Source of the DNA: Promethearchaeota archaeon
GTDB taxonomy: Archaea; Asgardarchaeota; Thorarchaeia; Thorarchaeales; Thorarchaeaceae
NCBI GenBank assembly: GCA_014728035.1
Contig: WJMJ01000123.1
Span: 32,001-96,000, forward strand
Direction: 5' to 3'
Length of the DNA stretch: 64,000 nucleotides
The position numbers were made by a program, and so were the translations under genes. Of the stretch, positions 47,463-56,484 are shown in pieces. The notes beneath the pieces are model-generated. The model had not been told where the DNA came from. It ran no database searches and saw only the letters and a list, made by a program, of their open reading frames with translations. Every line of letters starts with the position of its first letter. The first letter of the stretch is position 1.

Positions 47463-48890
47463 TTAATCTCGTGTCCAGATACTAAAGGTTCCACCCTGTG
47501 AAGTATACAGTAATGAAAATCCATCTGCAGATGGATTCCACCAATCTTCTATACTCCTATTTCCCTTATGTTGGATTATCATTGAAACATTATTTACAAT
47601 CAGTTGATTGTATTCCGTTTTATTGCTTGGTATTTCCAATACTGTATCTCGCCCGTACGGGTAGATGAATGTGATCCAGTTTGTTAGAATGATCTCACCC
47701 TCACTTAAATTTCCATCAATTATTGTTCTTACTTCTGCAATCTCTTGGTAAAATGAAGAAGTTCTGTATTCAGTGAGAACAACTCCTGCGAGAACACAAT
47801 TTCCCAATAACATAATAAGAACTGCACCAATGAAAATCTGGTCTGATTTGAAGAGGTTGTTTAGTTCTATTGCAGCAAGCATTACTGTTCCTGCAATCCA
47901 TGGGAAAGCTAATCGCACAAAAAGACCACCAGATCCAAGGTCAAAATTGGACAGATGAAATGTATCCAATCTTAGAACTATTTGAATAAAAACTGGAACT
48001 ATCAACCATAAGGCTAGGACAATTAGATTGAGTCTTCGCCCAATCAACCCACGGGTTATCCCTGTTATGAATGGTAAAATCATAGAAACCAAAAGATATC
48101 CAAGTACTAGTCCTGAAACCATAATGAATTCAAAAGGGGTTGGTGCTGCGGCAAGATTAGACGAATTGACTTGGGAGTATAATTCTAAGAATCCTAAAGG
48201 GGTACCAGTTGTGTAAATACTAAGAACTGGTAACACAAGAACTACAATACTCATTCCTACAAACGAAACAATGTATAACTTCAAGTCTTCGATTATTGTT
48301 TGATAGAATATTGCAGCTAGAAATACTGGTATCACTAATAGAACTGCTGTAAATCGTGTGAGAATTGATAGTCCAAGAAAGATACCTGCTAGAAAATAGT
48401 CTTTAATATTCCTGTTTTCTTCAGAAAGTTTCATAGCTTTTGGAATCACAATTGCAAGGAAGAAGTTCCCAAATAGAATCATCAGCGACTCACTCATAAT
48501 TCGGCCACCAAGATTCAACCAAATTATAGGTAAAGAAAGAGTGAGTAAATATGCTAAATTTGCTTCTTTTTCATCAAGCACCTTGTTATACAGTTTCCAG
48601 AAAGAGAATAACATTCCAATTCCTATAAGCCATGATGTTATTTCAGCAACAATTGGGGAATATCCTGTGATCAGGAAAATAATACCCAACAGCATTGGCC
48701 AAAGAGGTGGTCGATATTGCTCAAATTGCATTATTAACCCCTGTTCAGCAAGCTCTCTTGCTTGGGTTATGTATACAACTTCATCCCAAGACAGAATATG
48801 GGGGTCAAGCATGGCTAGACGTTTTGCTAACGTGATAACCAGAACAGCAATCGTGAAAATTAGTAGCCAGTTCTTTTTGATTTCCTCCAT
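47463..48890 (-). CDS. GT-C superfamily (PMT/ArnT-like, GT39/83) membrane glycosyltransferase
   Basis: WDEVVY, RPPLWP, MSE, LTRF; about 12 TM. Start placed at MEEIKK (48890); the ORF extends to 49007. Confidence 0.85.
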   Translation of the reverse strand: MEEIKKNWLLIFTIAVLVITLAKRLAMLDPHILSWDEVVYITQARELAEQGLIMQFEQYRPPLWPMLLGIIFLITGYSPIVAEITSWLIGIGMLFSFWKLYNKVLDEKEANLAYLLTLSLPIIWLNLGGRIMSESLMILFGNFFLAIVIPKAMKLSEENRNIKDYFLAGIFLGLSILTRFTAVLLVIPVFLAAIFYQTIIEDLKLYIVSFVGMSIVVLVLPVLSIYTTGTPLGFLELYSQVNSSNLAAAPTPFEFIMVSGLVLGYLLVSMILPFITGITRGLIGRRLNLIVLALWLIVPVFIQIVLRLDTFHLSNFDLGSGGLFVRLAFPWIAGTVMLAAIELNNLFKSDQIFIGAVLIMLLGNCVLAGVVLTEYRTSSFYQEIAEVRTIIDGNLSEGEIILTNWITFIYPYGRDTVLEIPSNKTEYNQLIVNNVSMIIQHKGNRSIEDWWNPSADGFSLLYTSQGGTFSIWTRD

Positions 48891-49126
48891 TATACGCAAT
48901 AATAGCACCTCTCTTTTATGGTTGAATCCAAACCGAAATAATCCGTTTTCCAAGTGATTGATTGGGTCTTTTAGGTTTATTGTACTAAAAGGCCAATATA
49001 TTGCCAATGATTCAAAACTATGAGTGAATAGAAGGTTTATTTGGAACTAGAAACTCTCCAACATATTCTGTAGTTGCAGACTAGGCATTATCAACTATCT
49101 CAAAATGGCTCTGAAGGATTGATACC

Positions 49127-49939
49127 ATGGTACAATATGCTGCAGTGATTAACATCTGGAATGAAGAAAATAGAATTGATGCTCTTTTTGATGAGTTGGA
49201 AAAACAGACAAAAAAACCAGCTCTCTGGATATGGATTGATGATGGTAGTACAGATGATTCGGTTGTAAGAATTGAGGAAAGATCACAGGATTCCTCCATT
49301 CCTGTTTTAGTTCTTAGAGCCCCCACAAAACAAAAAGGTGATTTTGATAGTATTGGAAAAGCTTGGAATCATGTATTTGACAAAATCCAATCTTTGAAGG
49401 GATACGACTATCTACTAGTAGTTGATTCAGATTGTCATTTCCCAAGAAATTATGCTGAAAATATGATTGACTTCATGGAATCCCATGAAAATTATGGGGT
49501 TGCTGCAGGCCAAGTTCGTGGTGAAACTCGTTTACATATGCCAATGAATGCTGGAAAGATTGTCCGATGGGAGATTGTTGATTCGATCGAACGGTTTTGG
49601 GATATTGTCCCAGACACATTTTGGAACATTCGTGCACTATTCTTGGGGTATGACCTTGCTATTAGACCCGACATTATCATTGATGCATCACCATCCGCTG
49701 GTTTTACAAGAAAAGGAAGGTTCAGGTATGGCCGTCTTTCATATTATGTAGGCACTCACTTCTTGAGGGTTCTATTTGAAGCGATGAAGTTCTTACTTAC
49801 TGGCGGTATGGCAACTGCTTTCCTGCATGGGTATTTCTATGAGTGGTCAAAAGGAGATTGGAAATGTGACATTCCAATGATTCGAAAATTCTATTCCCTA
49901 TCCGGTCTGATTCGTTGGCGTTTGTCACATTTCCTATAG
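49127..49939 (+). CDS. Glycosyltransferase family 2
   Basis: WNEE, IDDGSTDDS, VDSD (DxD). Confidence 0.88.
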   Translation: MVQYAAVINIWNEENRIDALFDELEKQTKKPALWIWIDDGSTDDSVVRIEERSQDSSIPVLVLRAPTKQKGDFDSIGKAWNHVFDKIQSLKGYDYLLVVDSDCHFPRNYAENMIDFMESHENYGVAAGQVRGETRLHMPMNAGKIVRWEIVDSIERFWDIVPDTFWNIRALFLGYDLAIRPDIIIDASPSAGFTRKGRFRYGRLSYYVGTHFLRVLFEAMKFLLTGGMATAFLHGYFYEWSKGDWKCDIPMIRKFYSLSGLIRWRLSHFL

Positions 49940-49960
49940 TTTCTACTTCGATTCGAGAAT

Positions 49961-51532
49961 CTATATGAGACCGGCTTTTTGAGCGAATTTTCTATACCCT
50001 TTCATTAACAGTTTTACTATATTACGTCTGAGATTGAATTTGATCCATTCTTCATCAGTAGGTTCTTTGAAGAAGAGTCCAAATTGAGCTGCGTATTCAT
50101 CTTCACTCTTAAACGATGTAAGTGTTTCAACAGCTGCGGGTGAGAAAATCAATTCCACATCTGGGTTTTCAGCTCTTCGTGGAATGACTTCTATCTCTCC
50201 TTTGTCAACAACAAGGACATGAAATCGTTCTCCTTTAATCTCATAGTCAATGACAGCATCTTTCTTCAATCCATCAAAGATTAGAGGATGTTTTCTTAGG
50301 TACTTCATAAATTGGGTCTTAAGAGGATGTTCTGATGTTTTAGATTTCTTTTTACCTTCTTTGACATATGGTATCAAAAACTCCGGAAGGTCTAGAATCT
50401 TCATTGAACTTTCCGCATAATCCGCTCCATCTACCAGACCTTTATGACAGAATGGACAAGCAGTCACTAAGATCTGAGCATCAGTTTCTTCAGCTTCATG
50501 AATACGATCTGCAGCAACTTTGTTTGCCAACTCTCCAAATGAACTCTTGACACCTCCGCCACTTCCACAGCAATGGGCATACCGTTTGTTTGTTTCCATC
50601 TCAACTAGTTCAACATTTTCAACAGCTTGAATTACTCTTCGAGGAGCTTCATATACCTCAGCATGGCGTCCCAGGTGACATGGGTCGTGATAGGTCACTT
50701 TGATATGTTCAGGAGCTTCAAATGATAGCTTCTCTTCCTGAATCAATCTATCAAGATACTCTGTGATATGAAGGACTTCAAAATCATAGTCATTTCCTTG
50801 TTCAATAACATCAACCTTCCAAGTTCTAAAACAACCCGCACACGATGTAACAACAGTCTTAGCACCTGATTCCTTGATCTTCTCAATATTGTGAGCAGAT
50901 AGTGCTGCAAAACTATCAGTCCTTCCTACTCTTAGAAGTACTGAACCACAACATCGTTCATCTCTCAATACTGTATAATTTATGCCTGATCGGTCAAGAA
51001 GGTCAACAGTCATTCGAGCAATCTCCTTCTCTCGATACGCGCTAGTACAACCAACAAAATAGACGATATCAGCTTTTTCAGGCCATTCTCGCTCACCAAA
51101 TATTTCCAATCTTTTACTGTGTTGTTCTTTGTATGGGTTTCCAAGCTCATTGATTGATTTCTCAATCTTTTCATGTTTTTCTAGTTGATACCCAGCTTCA
51201 ACAAGGTCTCTTCGAAAAGCTTCCATAATTTCTGGTAATCTAATGCCGTCAGCTGTGGCAGTACAGGTTTCTTGGCAGTTACGGCAAGTTGTACAGGTGT
51301 ATGCCCAATTGATGATATCATCATCAACTTGGAGTTCGCCCACGAGGAGATCGTTTAAGACCATGATACGACCTCTGCAAGCAAATACCTCGAATCCAAG
51401 TACATTCTTAACGGAACAAGGATGAAAAACATCTCTATCCGAAGCTACTATTTTGTCAGCGAGAGAGCAATCTCCGCATCTTCCACAGAGAAAAAGATCT
51501 TGTTCGTATTCTGACAAGTGATTGTATTCCAT
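49961..51532 (-). CDS. HdrD/GlcF-like Fe-S oxidoreductase (two 4Fe-4S sites + two CCG domains) with C-terminal SCP2-like extension
   Basis: CGRCGDC, CTTCRNCQETC, CCG twice, SCAGC, YHDPCHLGR, TACPFC; extra C-terminal domain of about 125 aa. Confidence 0.88.
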   Translation of the reverse strand: MEYNHLSEYEQDLFLCGRCGDCSLADKIVASDRDVFHPCSVKNVLGFEVFACRGRIMVLNDLLVGELQVDDDIINWAYTCTTCRNCQETCTATADGIRLPEIMEAFRRDLVEAGYQLEKHEKIEKSINELGNPYKEQHSKRLEIFGEREWPEKADIVYFVGCTSAYREKEIARMTVDLLDRSGINYTVLRDERCCGSVLLRVGRTDSFAALSAHNIEKIKESGAKTVVTSCAGCFRTWKVDVIEQGNDYDFEVLHITEYLDRLIQEEKLSFEAPEHIKVTYHDPCHLGRHAEVYEAPRRVIQAVENVELVEMETNKRYAHCCGSGGGVKSSFGELANKVAADRIHEAEETDAQILVTACPFCHKGLVDGADYAESSMKILDLPEFLIPYVKEGKKKSKTSEHPLKTQFMKYLRKHPLIFDGLKKDAVIDYEIKGERFHVLVVDKGEIEVIPRRAENPDVELIFSPAAVETLTSFKSEDEYAAQFGLFFKEPTDEEWIKFNLRRNIVKLLMKGYRKFAQKAGLI

Positions 51533-52957
51533 TTAGAAACCTCCTTCAAAGACATGTGGGCTTAGTATATTCTCAGGGTCCAGTGCTTTTTTCACTGTCC
51601 AGTATGCATCCAAAAACTTCTGGTCTGTCTGTTGTAATGCTCGTTTCTCCCATAGTAAACCATTCCAGTATGGACAACCTTTTGTTTCAATGACACTATC
51701 TAACATCTCGTTCCAAGCTTTTAGAGCTAAATCCATCTTCTCCTTATTAGGAGCAAAAATAGTCACCCATCCAGTTGCGTAAGCCCTTTCAGCTCCAAGA
51801 CAGCTTGCAATCCATTTGATTCCATTATCAAGAAGTTTGTATTTATCAAATATTGCCCACATTCTTTCCATCAAGTCTGGTATTTTTGTAATTGGTCTCA
51901 GATGGCATGTGTTTAACCAGAATCCATTATTGTAAAGTGGTTGAACTAAGTTAAAGAGCTCCGACCAGTGCATTTGTGAGGCAAAATTACCGAGGTCTTT
52001 TCCACCATGTTTCAATGCAATCTCTCGGATAATCTCCATTTTTCTTTTGGCAAGTTGTGCATCAATCTCCTGGACTACAGACGCGAACATTGACTTGATC
52101 TCTGGATGTTTATCCAAGAATCCTGGGAAGAATGTATCGGTAGATTGTCTGTCTGCAAGAAGATTAAGCTCTTCTGTGAAGCCGAGCTTTTGAACCTCAA
52201 GAAAGGCCTTTGTGGCGTCTTCTAGACTTTTGAACCCAAAGTCTCCATAAGTAAAGTGGTCAGCTTTTGGATAGACCTTCAGAGTAACTTTGGTTTTCAC
52301 CCCCAAAGTACCATGGTCTCCAAGAAACAACCCAGTCATATCATTATATGTTGTATACCTTGCAAAGATTTGAGCATCTTTATTCCAGCCCGACCCTGTT
52401 TGGATAACATCACCATTTGCAAGTACAACTTCTAGAGAAACAACACCCTCTGTAGATGGTCCGAATTTTGATGCAGCGTATCCAATACTATTGATACTCA
52501 CCGATCCTCCTACAGTACCCGCATTACCACCATAAGGGCCACGAAAACCAAGTTTGTATCCTTTTTCATCTAGACGGTGGATTAATTCCGCCCATCTAAG
52601 CCCTGCCTCTACTGTAACCGTCATGACATCCTCATCCAATTTGACGATTTTATCCATCTTCACCATGTCAAGCATAACAGCACCCTCAGACCTTGGAAGA
52701 CATGCTCCACATATACCGTTTCGACCACCAGCTGGCACCAACGGTGTCTTTGTCTTCGCACAGAGCTTCACTATACTCTTAACTTCTTCAAGGGATTCTG
52801 GCATGACTACAATTTCAGGACGTTTCGCAGTAAGATGACAGGCATCTTTACTATATGCGGATATTACAACTCGACTATCACTAACTCGTTCTTCACTAAC
52901 TATTCTCTTTAGATCGTTATAGAGTGGGTGATTTTGAGAAGACTTGATGATACTCAT
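51533..52957 (-). CDS. FAD-linked oxidoreductase (GlcD/D-lactate dehydrogenase/alkyl-DHAP-synthase superfamily)
   Basis: PEIVVMP, VEAG, TVGGS, LEVVLANG, GTLGV, KKALDPENILSP. Confidence 0.88.
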   Translation of the reverse strand: MSIIKSSQNHPLYNDLKRIVSEERVSDSRVVISAYSKDACHLTAKRPEIVVMPESLEEVKSIVKLCAKTKTPLVPAGGRNGICGACLPRSEGAVMLDMVKMDKIVKLDEDVMTVTVEAGLRWAELIHRLDEKGYKLGFRGPYGGNAGTVGGSVSINSIGYAASKFGPSTEGVVSLEVVLANGDVIQTGSGWNKDAQIFARYTTYNDMTGLFLGDHGTLGVKTKVTLKVYPKADHFTYGDFGFKSLEDATKAFLEVQKLGFTEELNLLADRQSTDTFFPGFLDKHPEIKSMFASVVQEIDAQLAKRKMEIIREIALKHGGKDLGNFASQMHWSELFNLVQPLYNNGFWLNTCHLRPITKIPDLMERMWAIFDKYKLLDNGIKWIASCLGAERAYATGWVTIFAPNKEKMDLALKAWNEMLDSVIETKGCPYWNGLLWEKRALQQTDQKFLDAYWTVKKALDPENILSPHVFEGGF

Positions 52958-53065
52958 TCTCAGGCCTCGTACATTTTGAATCAATTTGCACTATAAGTAT
53001 TCAACGATACTGACCTTCATTAGAACGGTTTATCTAGCTCACAACTATATCTCTCATGAGAATTT

Positions 53066-53548
53066 ATGATGAAGATGGGTGTTGTACTCGGCCGAGGTGG
53101 ACATACTACAGAAACACTTGGTTTGGTGGATTTACTAGGAAGTAATTTTGATTACGTCTATTTTGTGGATGTACTTGATAGGATAGTGGAAAGAAAAATA
53201 CGCTTTCCTGGACTTGTCTTGCCACTTCTAATTCCTAGATATCTTCCATCTGATTCAAAAATACTTTCTGTAATTCGTACTCTTTCCTCATTTGTCTTGT
53301 CTTTGTTTTTCATTCTTCTATTTCGACCTAGGGCAATAGTTAGCTGTGGGTCCGGACTAACAATACCTGTTTTTCAGGCGGCACGAATTCTTGGAATAAA
53401 AACAATCTATGTCGAAAGTATTGCAAGAGTCACTACTCTCTCCGGAACGGGGAAACTATTACTAGGCAAGTGTGATCTTTTCTTTTCGCAATGGCCTCAG
53501 CTTGCCAATTTACATCCGGAAATCGAATATGGGGGTTTGATTCTTTGA
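53066..53548 (+). CDS. alg14: Alg14-like (PssD/Cps14F) UDP-GlcNAc transferase subunit
   Basis: LGRGGHT, RP..IVSCGSG...P, IYVESIARV..LS.TGK, QWP. Confidence 0.85.
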   Translation: MMKMGVVLGRGGHTTETLGLVDLLGSNFDYVYFVDVLDRIVERKIRFPGLVLPLLIPRYLPSDSKILSVIRTLSSFVLSLFFILLFRPRAIVSCGSGLTIPVFQAARILGIKTIYVESIARVTTLSGTGKLLLGKCDLFFSQWPQLANLHPEIEYGGLIL

Positions 53549-53994
53549 TATTTGTAACAGTTGGAACATCAAGCTTTGATCCTCTTATCGAAGCTATCGA
53601 CCATCAAGTAGAAACAGGCCTGATTGCTGATTCTGTTGTTGCACAGATTGGTAGAGGTCGTTATGAACCAAGTCATATTCGGTATTTTAGATTCATTCGT
53701 TCCTTGGATTCAGCTTACGAAAGGGCAGATGTGATAATCAGTACAGGTGGTGCTGGAACAACCCTTGAATGTGTAACCAGAGGACTTCGGTTGGTGTCTG
53801 TTGAAAATACAACTTTGATGGAGGGTCACCAATCAGAATTAATCTCAGAGCTTGAATCTAAAGGTCACCTCATATGGTGTCGAGACCTTGGAAATCTACA
53901 TACTATCATTGAAAAGGCAAAGAAAAAAACATTCATCCCTTTCAAACCTGAACCTCCAACTGTACATCTATCTATCCTTGAGTATCTATCATAG
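53545..53994 (+). CDS. alg13: Alg13-like (PssE/Cps14G) UDP-GlcNAc transferase catalytic subunit
   Basis: TTGA overlap with Alg14; IFVTVGT..FD.LI, QIG, ADVIISTGGAGT..E, N..LM.GHQ.EL. Confidence 0.85.
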   Translation: MIFVTVGTSSFDPLIEAIDHQVETGLIADSVVAQIGRGRYEPSHIRYFRFIRSLDSAYERADVIISTGGAGTTLECVTRGLRLVSVENTTLMEGHQSELISELESKGHLIWCRDLGNLHTIIEKAKKKTFIPFKPEPPTVHLSILEYLS

Positions 53995-54176
53995 AAGAAC
54001 CAAATCTTACTTCTGAACCTATCCTGGTGACAAGTCCTTGTGTTTTTTACTTAATTGGCGCGATTTGCATCTCTTGTTTATCCCCTCTTTGGAGGCTCTC
54101 CTTCAAGTTGATACCCCAACTAGTATGTGGATATTACTCTCATACATATCTGGCCTAGGCTTGGGTTGTATGTGAC

Positions 54177-54256
54177 TTTTATATACTGAAAAACACCTAT
54201 TCTCCATAGGAAACAGAGGTAAGTTACCTCGGTTAACTAAACTACGAGATGAGGAA
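54177..54256 (+). promoter_or_regulatory. TATA box and leader with two inverted repeats upstream of the 54259 gene
   Basis: TTTTATATA at about 54177; CCTAT-TCTCC-ATAGG (54196-54210); GAGGTAA-G-TTACCTC (54216-54230); GAGG RBS. Confidence 0.5.
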
Positions 54257-54258
54257 AT

Positions 54259-55044
54259 TTGTCCAAAAGGAAATCAACCACCAAGGGCGCATCCAAGAAG
54301 CGCAAGAGGAAATCTAAGAAATCTACCGTGATTAAAACACGCGGTATTGGTATGGCTATCAAGTTGTTCAAGTATAGCGGGATAAGTGAGTCTAGCACAA
54401 AGCTTGCTCGAGAACTTAGAGATATCACTTACGAACCAGCTGACGACAAAGACATTCAAAGCGGCTTTACAAAAGTCAAGAGGTCTGGTGATCTCATCAC
54501 TGCTGATTTTGTTGCTGGTTTTAGAGTTCCCGTACTTACTTATGACAAGAATGGTATGTTGACACCCCAGCATTATGTGAGTGTTGACAAAGGTACTGTC
54601 TTGATAAAAATGGACCGCGGATCTATTGAAGTTCGGGGCTCACAGCGAATCGCGAACAAATTCCGTCGGATTCTTGAAGACATAACCGGCGCTGAAATCC
54701 TTCCAATGAACCTTAATGGTGGAACAAAAAAGCTCTATGATGAAGCTGCAGAGATTGCATCTGTCCTAGTATCTGGCATCGACAAAGGTAACCTATCACA
54801 GGTTGAATTCAGAGGTGCTGGTATTCATACTGAGGAAGAAATTGGTATGTACACCCGAAGATACAAGGGTGAGATAACTCGTTTCCGCGGTGCATTCGCT
54901 TACCCAAGTGGTGCTTTCCTAACCACTTCCGTAAATGCTGAAAATGGTTCAATCATGCTCTACAAGAGCGGTGATGGTATCCAGGAGGCTGACCTGCAAT
55001 ACATAGTCGAGCTCATGGAAAATGCATCATTAGAACACAACTAA
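54259..55044 (+). CDS. Hypothetical protein with Lys/Arg/Ser-rich N-terminal tail; possible RdgC-like fold
   Basis: MSKRKSTTKGASKKRKRKSKKS tail; alpha/beta body; own promoter and terminator. Confidence 0.8.
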   Translation: MSKRKSTTKGASKKRKRKSKKSTVIKTRGIGMAIKLFKYSGISESSTKLARELRDITYEPADDKDIQSGFTKVKRSGDLITADFVAGFRVPVLTYDKNGMLTPQHYVSVDKGTVLIKMDRGSIEVRGSQRIANKFRRILEDITGAEILPMNLNGGTKKLYDEAAEIASVLVSGIDKGNLSQVEFRGAGIHTEEEIGMYTRRYKGEITRFRGAFAYPSGAFLTTSVNAENGSIMLYKSGDGIQEADLQYIVELMENASLEHN

Positions 55045-55092
55045 AGAACGGATATGGGCCTTGGTGGCCCTCTCCCCGTTCTTACTATTTTT
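55044..55092 (+). terminator. Two-part hairpin terminator between convergent genes
   Basis: AAGAACGG...GGGCC-TTGGT-GGCCC...CCGTTCTT followed by a T-tract. Confidence 0.6.
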
Positions 55093-56433
55093 CTAGCTAC
55101 TATCTTTCAAGCGTATTAATGATTTTAATGAAGATGCCATCTGATTTGATATATTAACCAGAAATCTAGCTTCAGAAGGATCTGTTGTAATCTTGATAGA
55201 GAGACCAATTTTACTCAAGGCATCTTCAATAACCCTGAATTCTTCCAATTCCATAGGTGTCTGCAGTCCATTGTGAAATTGGTTTAGTAATTGATGTCCA
55301 TATGCAGTGAAGTATAGTGGTCTCGTATTGATTTTTTCATCGTCCTGATATAGCACTAATTCCTCGACCTCTTCTTTTCGTCTTTGGATTATCTTCTCTG
55401 CGAGGAAAACACAGTCTCCACAGTCCTTAACCATCTTCTTAATATCGAATAGAACGGTTATTCCTTTGTTATCGATTTGTTTACTTACTTCTTCTAACAG
55501 ATATAGTTGTAATTTTCTTCTGATTTCTTCTGAAGTCAAATCTCTTGGTAGGTTGTTTACATACTCTACAATATTTCCTTCATATCCTATGAAATAATCT
55601 AGACCATAGGATAAGAGAATAAGAGCTGAAACATGAAGAATTCTGTCATCTTCATAATATTGACCAGGATTGAAAGATTCTGAAGGTTCTGAATAAAAAA
55701 TTGCGAATTTTCTTATAGCTGTTCTAAAATCTTGATGCAGAGATTGGTTTCGTAAATCTCCTCTATTCCAACGAACATCATATCGAATATTCCTTTCTTC
55801 AAATATTTTATCGTCAATCAATTCCAAAGCTCGTAACGCAACACCTGTGAATTGTGTATCTTGTTCATGAATGAGAAATCGAGATACATCAATAGAATCA
55901 AATCTGTTCTCACCCAGAGAAACATCCTTCAAAGAATAACATGTCAGCAAAGGATCTAATTGTATCTCGGCAAGGAGATTGTTACCAAGGTCTAGTAACC
56001 GCAACTCTCCATGGTCAATAAGTGGAGCTAAATCGATTTGCCTGATTTTATTGGACGAAAGAATTATCTCCCTTAGATTTTGACAATTCTGCAAAGGTTT
56101 GAGGTCTATTTTCCTCAGTTGATTTCGATTCAAGCGAAGAATACGGAGAGCGCTTACAGATTTTAGTGGAGCAAGGTTGATCGTTTTGAGTCGATTACCA
56201 CTCAGGTATAGTTTTTCCAGACTTGAGCAATATCTGAGAGAACCGAGATTGATTTCTTCTAGGTCATTTTCGGACAGGTCTATTTCTCTGATTCTCTGAT
56301 TAGAGGAAAGTCCAGAAAGATCAATCGATTCAATTTGCTGTCCTGAGAGATTCAAAACAATCTGATGAGAGTAGATGTGAAGCGTTTCAGGAGTACCATC
56401 GCTTTTTCGCAGAAATAATGAGACTCTTCCCAT
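55093..56433 (-). CDS. Leucine-rich repeat protein with helical C-terminal domain
   Basis: About 8 repeats of LxxLxLxxNxLxxIxLxPLxxC. Confidence 0.9.
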   Translation of the reverse strand: MGRVSLFLRKSDGTPETLHIYSHQIVLNLSGQQIESIDLSGLSSNQRIREIDLSENDLEEINLGSLRYCSSLEKLYLSGNRLKTINLAPLKSVSALRILRLNRNQLRKIDLKPLQNCQNLREIILSSNKIRQIDLAPLIDHGELRLLDLGNNLLAEIQLDPLLTCYSLKDVSLGENRFDSIDVSRFLIHEQDTQFTGVALRALELIDDKIFEERNIRYDVRWNRGDLRNQSLHQDFRTAIRKFAIFYSEPSESFNPGQYYEDDRILHVSALILLSYGLDYFIGYEGNIVEYVNNLPRDLTSEEIRRKLQLYLLEEVSKQIDNKGITVLFDIKKMVKDCGDCVFLAEKIIQRRKEEVEELVLYQDDEKINTRPLYFTAYGHQLLNQFHNGLQTPMELEEFRVIEDALSKIGLSIKITTDPSEARFLVNISNQMASSLKSLIRLKDSS

Positions 56434-56484
56434 ACTAATCTCAATCCTGACCCAATTACTGCGGTCACAAGATTCTATAGATGG

